A stretch of DNA of 64,000 nucleotides from an uncultured Verrucomicrobiae bacterium (GCA_963801815.1 CAWDGJ010000002.1:384001-448000), one strand, 5' to 3'; positions 1 through 9,707 are shown, counted from the first letter of the stretch. The notes: generated from the letters alone by a model not told the origin. Translations and numbers: made by a program.

Positions 1-114
1 GGGCTTCGCTTCTTCCTGGACAAACCGCCGCGCTCGATCGCGCGCCGCGCGTTCCTCATCGGTGAGGAGTTCTTCAATTGCGTAATAATCCAGCGAAATG
101 TTGATAGCACTCAA
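1..114 (-). CDS. Acyl-CoA dehydrogenase, glutaryl-CoA dehydrogenase-like, 5' end only (runs off window)
   Basis: Not in the ORF track. Manual translation from TTG at 114-112 gives MSAINISLDYYAIEELLTDEERAARDRARRFVQEEAKP, matching the D(Y/F)Yx(I/L)xxLLTxEExxxRDxxRxFVxxExxP N-terminus typical of GcdH-type acyl-CoA dehydrogenases. Only 38 codons are visible. Confidence 0.65.
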   Translation of the reverse strand, partial: MSAINISLDYYAIEELLTDEERAARDRARRFVQEEAKP

Positions 115-228
115 GATCGGCAATCTCGCTGCGTCTTGGCAATCTGGAAAACATTATAAGGCCGAATACTACGTAGAAAGTCTGGGGAAACCTTGACTCG
201 ATGAGACACCGCCTGATAGGACTCGCGG

Positions 229-2658
229 ATGAAAGTAGGCTGTTTGGTCGGATTTTTTGGGGCGATCGGTATCGTCTCGAGCGTGGCTGCCCCATTCACT
301 GTGGTCAACACGAGTGATAGTGGGACGGGCTCATTGCGTCAGGCGATCCTCAACGCCAACGGTAACACCGGCGCTGATACGATTGGTTTTAACATTCCGG
401 CGTCCGACCCGAATTGTGACCCGACGACGCATGTTTGTACCGTCACACTTGCTTCCAGCTTGCCGGCAATTACCGATCCAGTGACGATTGACGGCTACAC
501 CCAGCCCGGTACCAGCGTTAACACACAGGCAAATAGCGACAACGCCGTGCTGCGAATCGAAATAAACGGGAATGGAAAAGATGGCTTTGTCATTACCGGC
601 GGAAGCTCAACTATCCGCGGTCTGGTGATCAATCGCTGCGGTGGCGTGAGTTTCACCGACGCAGGTATTACATTGCGCTCAGGAAATAATGTCATTGAAG
701 GAAACTTCATCGGCACAGACCCGACCGGCGAAACTGCAGAGCCAAATGTCTTTTCCGGCGGCGTTCTGGTAAGTACTGGTGCGAGTAACTTGATTGGAGG
801 TACGACGCTTGCCGCGCGAAACCTCATTTCCGGTAACACGCAATCATCTATTTCGCAGAATGGAAATGTGACGCTCGCCAATGCGTTTAGCGATCCAGCT
901 CCAAGTGGGACGCTCATCCGCGGCAACTTCATCGGGTTGGATGCCACGGGACTCGTCGCGATACATCCGCAAGCCTTCCAGAATTCTCCTGGAATTGGGG
1001 TGAGCTATGGTACCAGCACCATTATCGGTGGAACGGACGCCGATGATGGCTCCACTGATGGAACTGTTCTCGCGCGGAATGTGATTTCCGGCAATGCGGA
1101 GGGCATCTTTATCCAAGAACCGAATGATGGGGTGACGATCATTGATGGGGTGACCATTGAGGGAAATTTTATCGGAACTGATGCCACCGGCGTGACGGCC
1201 CTTCCGAATTTCAGCGGTGGTATTTTTGCCCAGTCCACCGCTACGTACGCAACAAACGTCGCGATTGGCGGAAGTGCCGCCGGCGCGGGAAACGTCATTT
1301 CCGGAAACATGGGCAACGGCGCGTCAATGAGCATCTTGAGTGGAACAATAGAGGGCAACTTAATCGGACCTGACGCGACCGGCACCGTAGCTCTTGGTAA
1401 CGGCGGTAGTTCCAACAACCATGATGGCGGCGTCGGCTTGCACATTGCCCTAGGAGGAAGCGGTACTCCGGCTTTTGATGTCCACGTCGGCGAGCCAGGC
1501 GTACCCAACATTATTTCCGGTAACTCCTCTGACGGACTCTCCATTACCGGCTTGGATTCTGGTTCGGTCACCGTGTGGGGCAACTTCATCGGAACACAAA
1601 TTGACGGACAAACGCCACTGGCAAATCATGGAGATGGCATCTTTATGAACCGGCACGCCGCGATTGGCGGTCATGAAGTTGCCGGCCAGGGCAACGTGAT
1701 CGCCAACAACACCCAGGACGGCATCTTCATCTCCAATCAGAATGGCAACATCGTCAATTCGAACATCTCGCTAAATTCAATTTATTCTAACGGGAGTTTG
1801 GGCATCGACCTCAATGGGGACGGAGTCACACTTAACGATAATTGCGACGTTGATGTCGGCGCGAATAATCTACAAAACTACCCAGTGCTGACGTCGGCCG
1901 TCATCGCTGGCGGAATGGTCACCGTTTCCGGCACGTTGAACAGCACAGGTGACGACACGATTCGGGTTGAGTTTTTCTCCAACACCACCTGCGACCCGTC
2001 CAGCCATGGCGAGGGGCAAACCCCGCTTGGATTTACGAATGCCTTCACCGACTCAAACACATGCGCCGCAAGCTTTGGTCCCATAGCGTTTTCCATTCCG
2101 ACTGGTCAAACCGTTATCACCGCGACGGCCACCGATGGTGACAACACTTCCGAATTCTCTGCGTGCTTCAATGCGGCGGCTCCGACGCCCACACCAACGC
2201 CAACGCCAACTCCGACACCGACTCCAACTGCGACTCCGACGGCTACGCCAACTCCGACGGCTACCCCTAGACCTACGCCGACCCCAACGCCCACTCCTAC
2301 CCCGACAGGATCCGGAGGTACTGTTCAAGGAGGAGGAACATTTCAGACCGGTGCAGGTCAGGGATACTTCAGCGTTGGCGTTTCGACGCAAAAGAAAGGC
2401 GGCGTAAATGGCCAGTTCTCCTACAGGGATCTTACCCGCGGCTTCGAGTTGGACTCAGTGAAGTTTACATCCTTGATCGTAAATGGTAATCACGCTCAAC
2501 TCTCCGGTACAGGGAAGATTGGCAAGCAAGCCGTTTCCTTCACCGCCAATTTTATTGATAACGGTAATCCGGGAAGGCTGGATTATTTTTCTGTATCGAT
2601 AAGCACCGGTTACTCTGCCGGTAACAATCTAAGCAGTGGCAACTTTCAAGTTTTCTAA
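229..2658 (+). CDS. Large secreted beta-helix repeat protein with Pro/Thr linker and C-terminal beta-sandwich domain
   Basis: Signal peptide; FTVVNTSDSGTGSLRQAILNAN N-terminal motif; repeated GNFIGTDxTG and NVISGN beta-helix units; (PT)n linker; C-terminal domain starting VQGGG. Confidence 0.8.
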   Translation: MKVGCLVGFFGAIGIVSSVAAPFTVVNTSDSGTGSLRQAILNANGNTGADTIGFNIPASDPNCDPTTHVCTVTLASSLPAITDPVTIDGYTQPGTSVNTQANSDNAVLRIEINGNGKDGFVITGGSSTIRGLVINRCGGVSFTDAGITLRSGNNVIEGNFIGTDPTGETAEPNVFSGGVLVSTGASNLIGGTTLAARNLISGNTQSSISQNGNVTLANAFSDPAPSGTLIRGNFIGLDATGLVAIHPQAFQNSPGIGVSYGTSTIIGGTDADDGSTDGTVLARNVISGNAEGIFIQEPNDGVTIIDGVTIEGNFIGTDATGVTALPNFSGGIFAQSTATYATNVAIGGSAAGAGNVISGNMGNGASMSILSGTIEGNLIGPDATGTVALGNGGSSNNHDGGVGLHIALGGSGTPAFDVHVGEPGVPNIISGNSSDGLSITGLDSGSVTVWGNFIGTQIDGQTPLANHGDGIFMNRHAAIGGHEVAGQGNVIANNTQDGIFISNQNGNIVNSNISLNSIYSNGSLGIDLNGDGVTLNDNCDVDVGANNLQNYPVLTSAVIAGGMVTVSGTLNSTGDDTIRVEFFSNTTCDPSSHGEGQTPLGFTNAFTDSNTCAASFGPIAFSIPTGQTVITATATDGDNTSEFSACFNAAAPTPTPTPTPTPTPTPTATPTATPTPTATPRPTPTPTPTPTPTGSGGTVQGGGTFQTGAGQGYFSVGVSTQKKGGVNGQFSYRDLTRGFELDSVKFTSLIVNGNHAQLSGTGKIGKQAVSFTANFIDNGNPGRLDYFSVSISTGYSAGNNLSSGNFQVF
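2182..2307 (+). repeat. Pro-Thr/Ala-Thr tandem codon repeat (linker)
   Basis: Degenerate 6-bp ccnacn repeats encoding PTPTPT...ATPT. Confidence 0.85.
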
Positions 2659-2703
2659 AGCGTAATAAGAATAGAACTCAGTATGGCCAACAAACACCAC
2701 AAG

Positions 2704-3438
2704 ATGAAAAAACTGTTCTTGATCTCCTTAGCCTCTATTGCGCTATCAGCGCTCGTTTACGCGGGACCGGAACCGATCTCGACTAAAGAAATGAAACAGC
2801 CGGTCGCCGCTCCGGAGACGTGTCCAGAATGGTACGCCGACAATGAATGGAACGTGAGCATCTGGGGTACATACGCTTTTTGCGAAACCGATTTTGACCG
2901 CGCTAATTTATTCGACACCGAACGAACCTCGGCCAATGGCGGCGGCGCAGGCAGCTGGGACCGATTCTTGGGCGACGATCATGCCTGGGGCGGAGGTATC
3001 GATGCGAAATATTTTTTCCGTCGTTATTTCGGGATTGGAATTGAAGGCTTCGCAATGGAAGCCCACGAAAGCCAATACACGATCGAGGATTTCGGCATTG
3101 ACGCTTTTCACAAGGGCAGCACCAATCACATAGTGGGAGCGGCACTTGGGACTTTGACCTTTCGTTATCCGATTCACTGCAGTCGTTTTGCGCCATACGT
3201 GTGGGCCGGAGGCGGTGGCATCTTCGGAGGGCAAACCGATCGCGAACACCACTTTGACACCGTGGTTCAAGACATAACCCACGAGGATTTATCAAAAGCG
3301 ATGGGCCAATTCGGCGGAGGGTTGGAAGTTCGCATCACTCACCACGTGGGTCTGATCGGTGATTTCAGTTGGTCCGTTCTCGATGGTCCGGACAACAACT
3401 TCGGGATGGTGCGGACCGGACTCAACTTCGCATTCTAG
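2704..3438 (+). CDS. Outer membrane beta-barrel protein (porin-like)
   Basis: Signal peptide MKKLFLISLASIALSALVYA, then AGPEPISTKEMK; alternating aromatic beta-strands; C-terminal GLNFAF ending in Phe. ORF opens at 2683. Confidence 0.75.
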   Translation: MKKLFLISLASIALSALVYAGPEPISTKEMKQPVAAPETCPEWYADNEWNVSIWGTYAFCETDFDRANLFDTERTSANGGGAGSWDRFLGDDHAWGGGIDAKYFFRRYFGIGIEGFAMEAHESQYTIEDFGIDAFHKGSTNHIVGAALGTLTFRYPIHCSRFAPYVWAGGGGIFGGQTDREHHFDTVVQDITHEDLSKAMGQFGGGLEVRITHHVGLIGDFSWSVLDGPDNNFGMVRTGLNFAF

Positions 3439-3562
3439 GCTCAACCGTAGCGAGAGTCCGCTGAACCGCTGACACTAGCCGAGTCGCGGGTGGGAAGAAT
3501 AGGACCACTCGGCTCCCGCCGCATAAGCCGTGACTAGTCGCGGCGCATTTTCAAGGTTCTCA

Positions 3563-3602
3563 TTGCAAAGCGCTTTGCAACCGGCCGCTGGTTCGTGAAA
3601 AT
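3563..3602 (+). promoter_or_regulatory. Perfect 18-bp palindromic operator overlapping a putative sigma70 promoter
   Basis: TTGCAAAGCGCTTTGCAA at 3563-3580 is its own reverse complement. Its right arm TTGCAA (3575-3580) lies 16 nt before GAAAAT (3597-3602), which is 10 nt before the ATG at 3613. Confidence 0.55.
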
Positions 3603-3612
3603 AGCAGGCTGC

Positions 3613-5148
3613 ATGGCGCGACTTCACGAATATCAAGGCAAAGCGATCCTGGCCGCGAATGGTTTTAAGATTCCGCGCGGTCGCGCTGCCTCGACTCCGG
3701 ACGAAGCCGTGGCGGTAGCCAAAGAACTTGGCGGGCAAGTTGTAATTAAGATTCAGGCCTGGACCACAGGTCGCGCCGGTATCGGCGGAGTTGCTTTCGC
3801 CAAGCGGCCGGCCGATGTCCGCGGTCAAGCGGCCAGAATGTTGTCGATGAAAGTGGGGCAGTTCCCGGTCGAAGCCGTTTTGGTTGAAGAAAAGATCGAC
3901 ATCGTGCGGGAGTTTTTTCTTTCGCTGGCGATCGATGACGCCGCGCGCGCGCCGGTGATCATTTTTGCAACCGGCGGCGGCACCGGAATCGAAGAACGCG
4001 CCGCTTCCACGAAAAAAATTCCGTGCGACGTCAAGACCGGCCCGCTCGATGCGGCGCTAAACGAAGCTGTCGCGTTGTGCAATCTTTCAAAAGATCAAGC
4101 GCCAGAGCTGGCCGAATCGATTCGCAAACTGTTCGCCGCCGCGAAAAGTGTGGAAGCGCGCTCGCTCGAAATCAATCCACTCGTTTTGACAAAAACCGGC
4201 GAATTCGTCGCCGCCGATTGCCGGATCACGATCGACGACTACGCGGTCGCGCGTCATCCCGAACTGAAGATCGAGATCGCGCGCGAGTTCGATCATCCGC
4301 CGACCGCGCTCGAGCGCGTCGCTTACGCAGTCGAACAAGCCGATCACCGCGGGACATTTTATTTCGTGCAGCTCGCGACTTCGGCGCCAAAGGAATCTAA
4401 AGGCCTGGCCGGATTTCACGGCGCCGGCGGCGGCGGCTCGATGATGTCGATGGATGCGATCGTGAATGCCGGATTCACCATCGCCAATTTCACCGACACG
4501 AGCGGCAATCCGTCCGCGTCGAAAGTTTATCGCGCCGCGCGAATTATTTTGGCGCAGACCGATCTGGTTGGTTATTTTGGTTCCGGCTCGGGCGTCGCAA
4601 GTCAGGAGCAATACTGGTCGGCCTACGGCCTCGCCAAAGCGTTTTTGGAACTCAATCTCGACATTCCGGCGGTGATTCGTCTAGGCGGAAACACTGAAGA
4701 TCGCGCCGTCGAAATTTTGGCGCGCATGTCGAAGCTGCTAGGCGCGCGAATCGAAGGTTATCGAAAAACCGACACGCCCGCGTTCATCGCCAATCGATTC
4801 GCTGAGCTCGTTGCCGAATCAAAAGGCAAGAAATGGAAACCGCGCGCTCCACGAACTCCAAAGTTCATCGAGAATAAATCGGCAACGAAGTTTGAAGTGA
4901 AAGGTGGCCGGGTTTGGATCGATAACACAATGTGGCCCTTGATTCGGACAGCGATCGAAACTCATTCCGGCGGATTGATTGTCGATCGCGCGGACGCGCC
5001 CACAATCGCACTGCCAACAGAAGAGTTTGCCAACAAAGATTCCGAGCTAGTTGCCTGCGACGTGGAATGCCGGCTCGCCGAAATCGACGGCTTCTATTTA
5101 GAGCTCGATATTCCTGGACTCAACGAATTGATCGGGGGCGCGCGCTAA
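3613..5148 (+). CDS. ATP-grasp acyl-CoA synthetase beta subunit (succinyl-CoA synthetase beta / ATP-citrate lyase B-like) with C-terminal extension
   Basis: MARLHEYQGK start; VVIKIQAWTTGRAGIGGV; LEINPL; GAGGGGS; ANFTDTSGNP; VIRLGG. About 100 extra C-terminal residues relative to SucC. Confidence 0.85.
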   Translation: MARLHEYQGKAILAANGFKIPRGRAASTPDEAVAVAKELGGQVVIKIQAWTTGRAGIGGVAFAKRPADVRGQAARMLSMKVGQFPVEAVLVEEKIDIVREFFLSLAIDDAARAPVIIFATGGGTGIEERAASTKKIPCDVKTGPLDAALNEAVALCNLSKDQAPELAESIRKLFAAAKSVEARSLEINPLVLTKTGEFVAADCRITIDDYAVARHPELKIEIAREFDHPPTALERVAYAVEQADHRGTFYFVQLATSAPKESKGLAGFHGAGGGGSMMSMDAIVNAGFTIANFTDTSGNPSASKVYRAARIILAQTDLVGYFGSGSGVASQEQYWSAYGLAKAFLELNLDIPAVIRLGGNTEDRAVEILARMSKLLGARIEGYRKTDTPAFIANRFAELVAESKGKKWKPRAPRTPKFIENKSATKFEVKGGRVWIDNTMWPLIRTAIETHSGGLIVDRADAPTIALPTEEFANKDSELVACDVECRLAEIDGFYLELDIPGLNELIGGAR

Positions 5149-6902
5149 TGGCAATCTTGATCGACGAGACGAAGCGCGTGCTGGTCCAGGGAATCACCGG
5201 CCGCGAAGGTCGCGCCCGCACGCGATTGATGCGCGATTACGGGACAAACGTCGTTGCCGGCGTGACGCCCGGAAAAGGCGGCGAGAATGTTCTCGGCGTT
5301 CCGGTTTTCAACACACCACAGGACGCCGTCAATTCGTTAGGCGAGATCGACATCTCCGTGCTTTTCGTTCCGGCAGCCGGCGTGAAAGACGCGGCGATCT
5401 CCGCGATCGAAGCTGGAATCAAACTCACAGTCCTCGTTCCCGATCGCGTTCCGGTTTGGGATGCGATGGAAATTGCTGCGGTCGCCAAAGCGCACGGCGC
5501 GATGTTCGTCGGCCCGAACACGCTCGGCGTGTTGAGTCCGGGCAAAGCAGTTGTCGGAATGATCGGCGGCCGCGCCGAGAGCGCACGGCAATGGTTCAAG
5601 CCCGGGATTCCAAAAGGCGTTGGCGTGATTAGTCGCTCCGGCGGAATGGCGTCGAGCACCGGATATTATTTAGGACAAGCTGGCGTTCGGATTTCGACAA
5701 TCGCGCACATCGGCGGCGATGCCGTTCTCGGAATTCGCATTCCAGACGCCGCTCTGATGTTCGAAGCCGACCCGCTAACCGAAGCGATCGTGATTTTCGG
5801 CGAAATCGGTTCGTCCCAGGAGGAAGAGCTCGCGCAACTGATTCGCGATCGCAAAGTGACCAAACCGGTGATCGCCTACATCGGCGGCAAAGCGGCGCGC
5901 GAAGGAACGCGATTCAGTCACGCCGGCGCGATCATCGAAGGCGGACGCGGCACGCACGCCGGAAAAGTGAAAGCTTTGCGTGAAGCCGGTGCGACGGTGG
6001 TTGATGCCTTTGGCGAATTGCCTGGTGCGGTCGTCGAAATTCTGAAGAGAATGAATGGTCAAAGCCTGATGAACGAAACCGACAAGAATGCGGTTTGGAA
6101 TAGCGCGATCACGCGCATCGAACCAAATCGGGTCGCGGTCCGCGGCTACGACATCGCCGAATTGATGGGGCGCGTTTCGTTTGGCGCGGCGGCCTACTTA
6201 ATTCTGACAGGCGAATTGCCATCCGCAGCAGTCGGTCGCTTGATGGACGCAATTCTCGTTTCGTCGATCGATCATGGCGCAACGCCACCGAGCGCGCTGG
6301 CCGCGCGAACCACGGCTTCGACCGGCGCTTCGCTGAGCGCAGCGGTCGCTGCCGGAATCATGTCGATCAATCGACATCACGGCGGCGCGATCGAGGATTG
6401 CGCGCGCCAATTGAAAGCAATCGCGGACCGCTCGACGCGGGAAAAGACTTCAATCGAGGAAGCGGCAACGCGAACCCTCGCGGAAATGCGCGAACACGGC
6501 ACTCGGATGTCCGGATTTGGTCATCGCGTTCACACCAAGGACCCGCGGACGGCGCGATTATTCGAACTCGCACGCGAAGCTGGAGTCGACGGCGTGCACA
6601 TGAAAGCGGCGCGTGCGGTCGAAAAATCGTTCGCCGACGCAAAGAAAGCGCTGCCGATCAATGTCGATGGCGCCATCGGCGCGATCCTGGCCGATCTCGG
6701 AATGGATCCCTTCGCCTTCAACGGCATTTTCATGATCGCGCGCACTCCCGGACTGGTCGCGCACGTGATCGAAGAACAAACTCGCGAGAAACCAATGCGG
6801 CGGATCGACCCGGTTAAACACGGTTACGACGGACCGGCACCGAGAAGCATCCTTCAGGAAACTCCAAATTCCAAAGCCCACGCTTCAAAGAAGCTTCAAT
6901 GA
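5148..6902 (+). CDS. CoA-ligase alpha subunit fused to a citryl-CoA lyase/citrate synthase-fold domain (ATP-citrate lyase A architecture)
   Basis: Starts MAILIDETKRVLVQGITG (TAATG overlap with the upstream stop); GVTPGKGG; GPNTLG; ISRSGG; phospho-His motif FSHAGAII; C-terminal IDHG, GFGHRVH..KDPR, NVDG and ARTPGLVAH motifs. Confidence 0.88.
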   Translation: MAILIDETKRVLVQGITGREGRARTRLMRDYGTNVVAGVTPGKGGENVLGVPVFNTPQDAVNSLGEIDISVLFVPAAGVKDAAISAIEAGIKLTVLVPDRVPVWDAMEIAAVAKAHGAMFVGPNTLGVLSPGKAVVGMIGGRAESARQWFKPGIPKGVGVISRSGGMASSTGYYLGQAGVRISTIAHIGGDAVLGIRIPDAALMFEADPLTEAIVIFGEIGSSQEEELAQLIRDRKVTKPVIAYIGGKAAREGTRFSHAGAIIEGGRGTHAGKVKALREAGATVVDAFGELPGAVVEILKRMNGQSLMNETDKNAVWNSAITRIEPNRVAVRGYDIAELMGRVSFGAAAYLILTGELPSAAVGRLMDAILVSSIDHGATPPSALAARTTASTGASLSAAVAAGIMSINRHHGGAIEDCARQLKAIADRSTREKTSIEEAATRTLAEMREHGTRMSGFGHRVHTKDPRTARLFELAREAGVDGVHMKAARAVEKSFADAKKALPINVDGAIGAILADLGMDPFAFNGIFMIARTPGLVAHVIEEQTREKPMRRIDPVKHGYDGPAPRSILQETPNSKAHASKKLQ

Positions 6903-6991
6903 GATCAAACTCCAAGTATCCAACGCGTTTCTTGCTTTGGAGATTGAAGATTGGAAATTCCTTGGGGTTTGGTGCTTGGGATTTGGGATTT
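6859..6991. repeat. Palindromic element built from CCAA/TTGG heptamer-like units
   Basis: Left arm aaactccaaattccaaa...ctccaa, right arm ttggtgcttgggatttgggattt; related copy at 30184-30310. Confidence 0.7.
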
Positions 6992-6996
6992 AAGTT

Positions 6997-7609
6997 ATGA
7001 ACGTCACTAGTATGAAAGCTCAGCCAACCAAATACGGTGTAAAAGAGATCGGAAAGCTTTTCCCCAGCCTCCTGAAGATCAAGCAGAGGTCGTTGCGCGA
7101 AAAAGTGGCGGCGGTGTGGAATGAAGCGATCACCACCGGTTGCGGCGGAAAAGGCTGGACCTTCGCCGAATTGCGCGCGGTAAAGTTCACGCTCCTGGCC
7201 GGCGACATCGACATGAAATTCGTCGAGCATCTCAATTCCTGCGCCCGTCAGTGCATCGCCATCGCGGATGTTCTGAAGAGATCGTTCCGGTGCAGCATTC
7301 CAATCAATCGCGATTACCTCATCGCCGGTTCGCTTTTGGCCGACGTCGGCAAGCCGCTCGAGTACGACAAGGACGCTGTCCGGCAAAGTGGTCCAGGGAA
7401 AATTCGGTCAGCAGCTTCGACATCCGTTCAGCGGTGTCGCGCTCGCCTACAAACACGGCATTCCCGCGGAGGTGATGCACATGATCGCGACCCACAGTCA
7501 CGAAGGCGACAAGGTCGAGCGCTCAATCGAGTCGATCATTTTCCATCACGCCGATTTCGTCGACTTCGACATCGCCAAGCTTCTTGGCAAGCGGGCGGGA
7601 AAAAAATGA
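6997..7609 (+). CDS. HD/HDIG-fold protein with degenerate AD motif (frameshift near 7380)
   Basis: ORFs 6997-7635 and 7388-7609 join to give FVEHL...GSLLADVGKPLEY...LRHPFSG...ATHSHEG...HHADF, the HD-domain motif layout. Confidence 0.75.
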
Positions 7610-7614
7610 TTGTT

Positions 7615-7702
7615 CCCGCTAAACACGCGAATTGACGCGAATTTTTTCGTTAATCTATTATTTCTTGATCTTCCTCTTGGCGTGATTCGCGTCATTCGCG
7701 GG
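7615..7702. repeat. Palindromic element with about 10-bp acgcgaa/ttcgcgt units
   Basis: cccgctaaacacgcgaattgacgcgaa ... gcgtgattcgcgtcattcgcggg; similar to 9855-9931. Confidence 0.7.
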
Positions 7703-7727
7703 TAAGCTTACTGGAAGGCAAACTGAT

Positions 7728-9707
7728 ATGGGATTGACGCTTGTTGAAAAAATTGCCGCACGCCACGCGGATGGATTCCAAACCGGCAGCAGTCGTTCGC
7801 AGCCGGGGATTTCATTTCAATCCGGCCGCGCCATGTGATGACGCATGACAACACCGGCGCGGTGATTCCAAAGTTCAAGCAGATCGGCGCGACGAAGATT
7901 GCCGATCCGGCGCAACCGGTGTTCGCGATCGACCACGACATTCAAAACACCACGCCGAAGAATTTGGAGAAGTACGCCAAGATCGAAGCGTTCGCGGGCG
8001 AGCACGGGATCGATTTTTATCCGGCCGGCACCGGAATTTCGCACCAGGTGATGGTCGAACAGGGTTACGTCGTCCCCGGCGCGCTCGTGGTCGCGAGCGA
8101 TTCGCATTCTAATTTATATGGCGCAATGGCCGCGCTCGGCACGCCGGTCGTGCGGACCGATGCGGCGAGCATTTGGGCGACCGGAGTCACGTGGTGGCAA
8201 GTTCCGAAAGTCGCGAAAGGTCATGCTCAAAGGAAAACTTTCACCCGGCGTTACCGGCAAGGACGTGATCATCGCGTTGTGCGGGCTGTTCAATAAAGAC
8301 GAAGTGCTCAATCACGCGGTCGAATTCGTGGGCGATGGCGTGCCGGCGCTTTCAATGTCGGAACGGATGACGATCGCGAACATGACGACGGAATGGGGTG
8401 CATTCGCCGGCGTATTTCCGTTCGATGAGGTAACCGTCAACTATCTCCGATCGCGCGTTCCCGAATTCACAAACCCGAATCGCCCGGGAAAGCGCGGAGC
8501 GAAAAGTCGATCCGGTTACAACAACATCGACATCGACAATTGGTGGAAGAATCGAAGCGAAGTCAGCGCCGACCCGGATGCTGAGTACGCGATCGAGCTC
8601 GAGCTTGATCTAGCGAGCGTCGTGCCGCACGTCTCCGGGCCTAACGAAGTGAAAACGATGGTGTCGCTTCCAGAGATGGAACGAAAACGCGTAGCGATCC
8701 AGAAGGCGTATCTGCTGTCGTGTGTCAATGCACGCTTCGAAGATTTGCACGACGCGGCTGAGGTAATTCGCTCGCGGGGCGGGCATGTGGCCAATGGCGT
8801 GGAATTCTATCTCGCGCCAGCCAGCGCCGAAGTGCAGGCAAAATCAGAAACGACCGGTGATTGGAAAACGCTGATTGACGCCGGCGCGATTACGTTGCCG
8901 CCAGGCTGCGGAGCGTGCATCGGACTCGGAAAGGGTTTGGTCCAAAAAGGTGAAACCGCGATCAGCGCGACCAATCGCAATTTCAAAGGCCGAATGGGCG
9001 ACCGCGACGCGCTGGTCTATTTAGGATCGCCCGCCGTCGTGGCGGCAAGCGCGCTGGCTGGATTCATTTGCGCGCCGCAGACATTTTCAGACCGGCCGGC
9101 CGGCATTGCCGTTCGACGCGCGGAGAAAAAAGCGAAACCCGCCGGCTCCGTTGAAATCATGAAGGGTTTCCCGCCACAGGTTCGCGGCCGCGTTCTTTTC
9201 ATCGACAAAGACAATCTGAACACGGACGGGATTTACGGCAGCAAACACACCTACCGCGATGACATGACGCCCGATGAAATGGCGGCGGTCACGTTCGAAA
9301 ATTACGATCCGAATTTCAACACCCTTTATCAAAACGGCGACGTCGTCGTTGGCGGATTGAACTTCGGCAGCGGATCGAGTCGCGAACAGGCCGCGACCGC
9401 GTTGAAGTTCAAAGGGATTCCGTGCGTCATCGCGGCCAGTTTTTCGGAGACCTACAAGCGCAACGCGTTCAACAACGGCTTCGTCGTGTTCGAGTGTCCG
9501 GATTTGGTCACGTATCTGCGCGAAAACCTGAAAAATCGCGCGCCGACAACCGTTGGTCCGGAAATCACGATCGATTACGCGACGTCGGTCCTTACACTCG
9601 ATGGGAAATCGTTTGCATTTCCCCCGTTGAGCCCGGCCGCTCAGGAATTGATCGTGGCCGGCGGCGCGGAAAATCTAGTCGCCTCGCGGCTGCGCGCGAA
9701 ATCTTAG
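7728..9707 (+). CDS. lysF: Homoaconitase, fungal Lys4/LysF-type with fused large and small domains (frameshifts near 7790 and 8220)
   Basis: [13 protein letters not shown]...[25 protein letters not shown]...[31 protein letters not shown]; Fe-S Cys in LSCVN and [20 protein letters not shown]; swivel domain DNLNTDGIY and [11 protein letters not shown] in the same polypeptide. Confidence 0.85.

Noticed and set aside
2182..2307. Short tandem repeats (also 50095-50265) as CRISPR or VNTR elements
   Set aside because: They are degenerate codons of Pro/Thr linkers inside ORFs, with no repeat-spacer structure and no cas genes.
3440..3545. Possible ncRNA between the porin gene and the ACL-like operon
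   Set aside because: Only weak, imperfect pairing and no recognisable family motif; cannot be supported without a covariance search.
3613..6902. Evidence for autotrophy via the reductive TCA cycle, or plain sucCD
   Set aside because: The substrate loops differ from both families, the alpha subunit carries a lyase domain absent from SucD, and no other rTCA genes are in the window.
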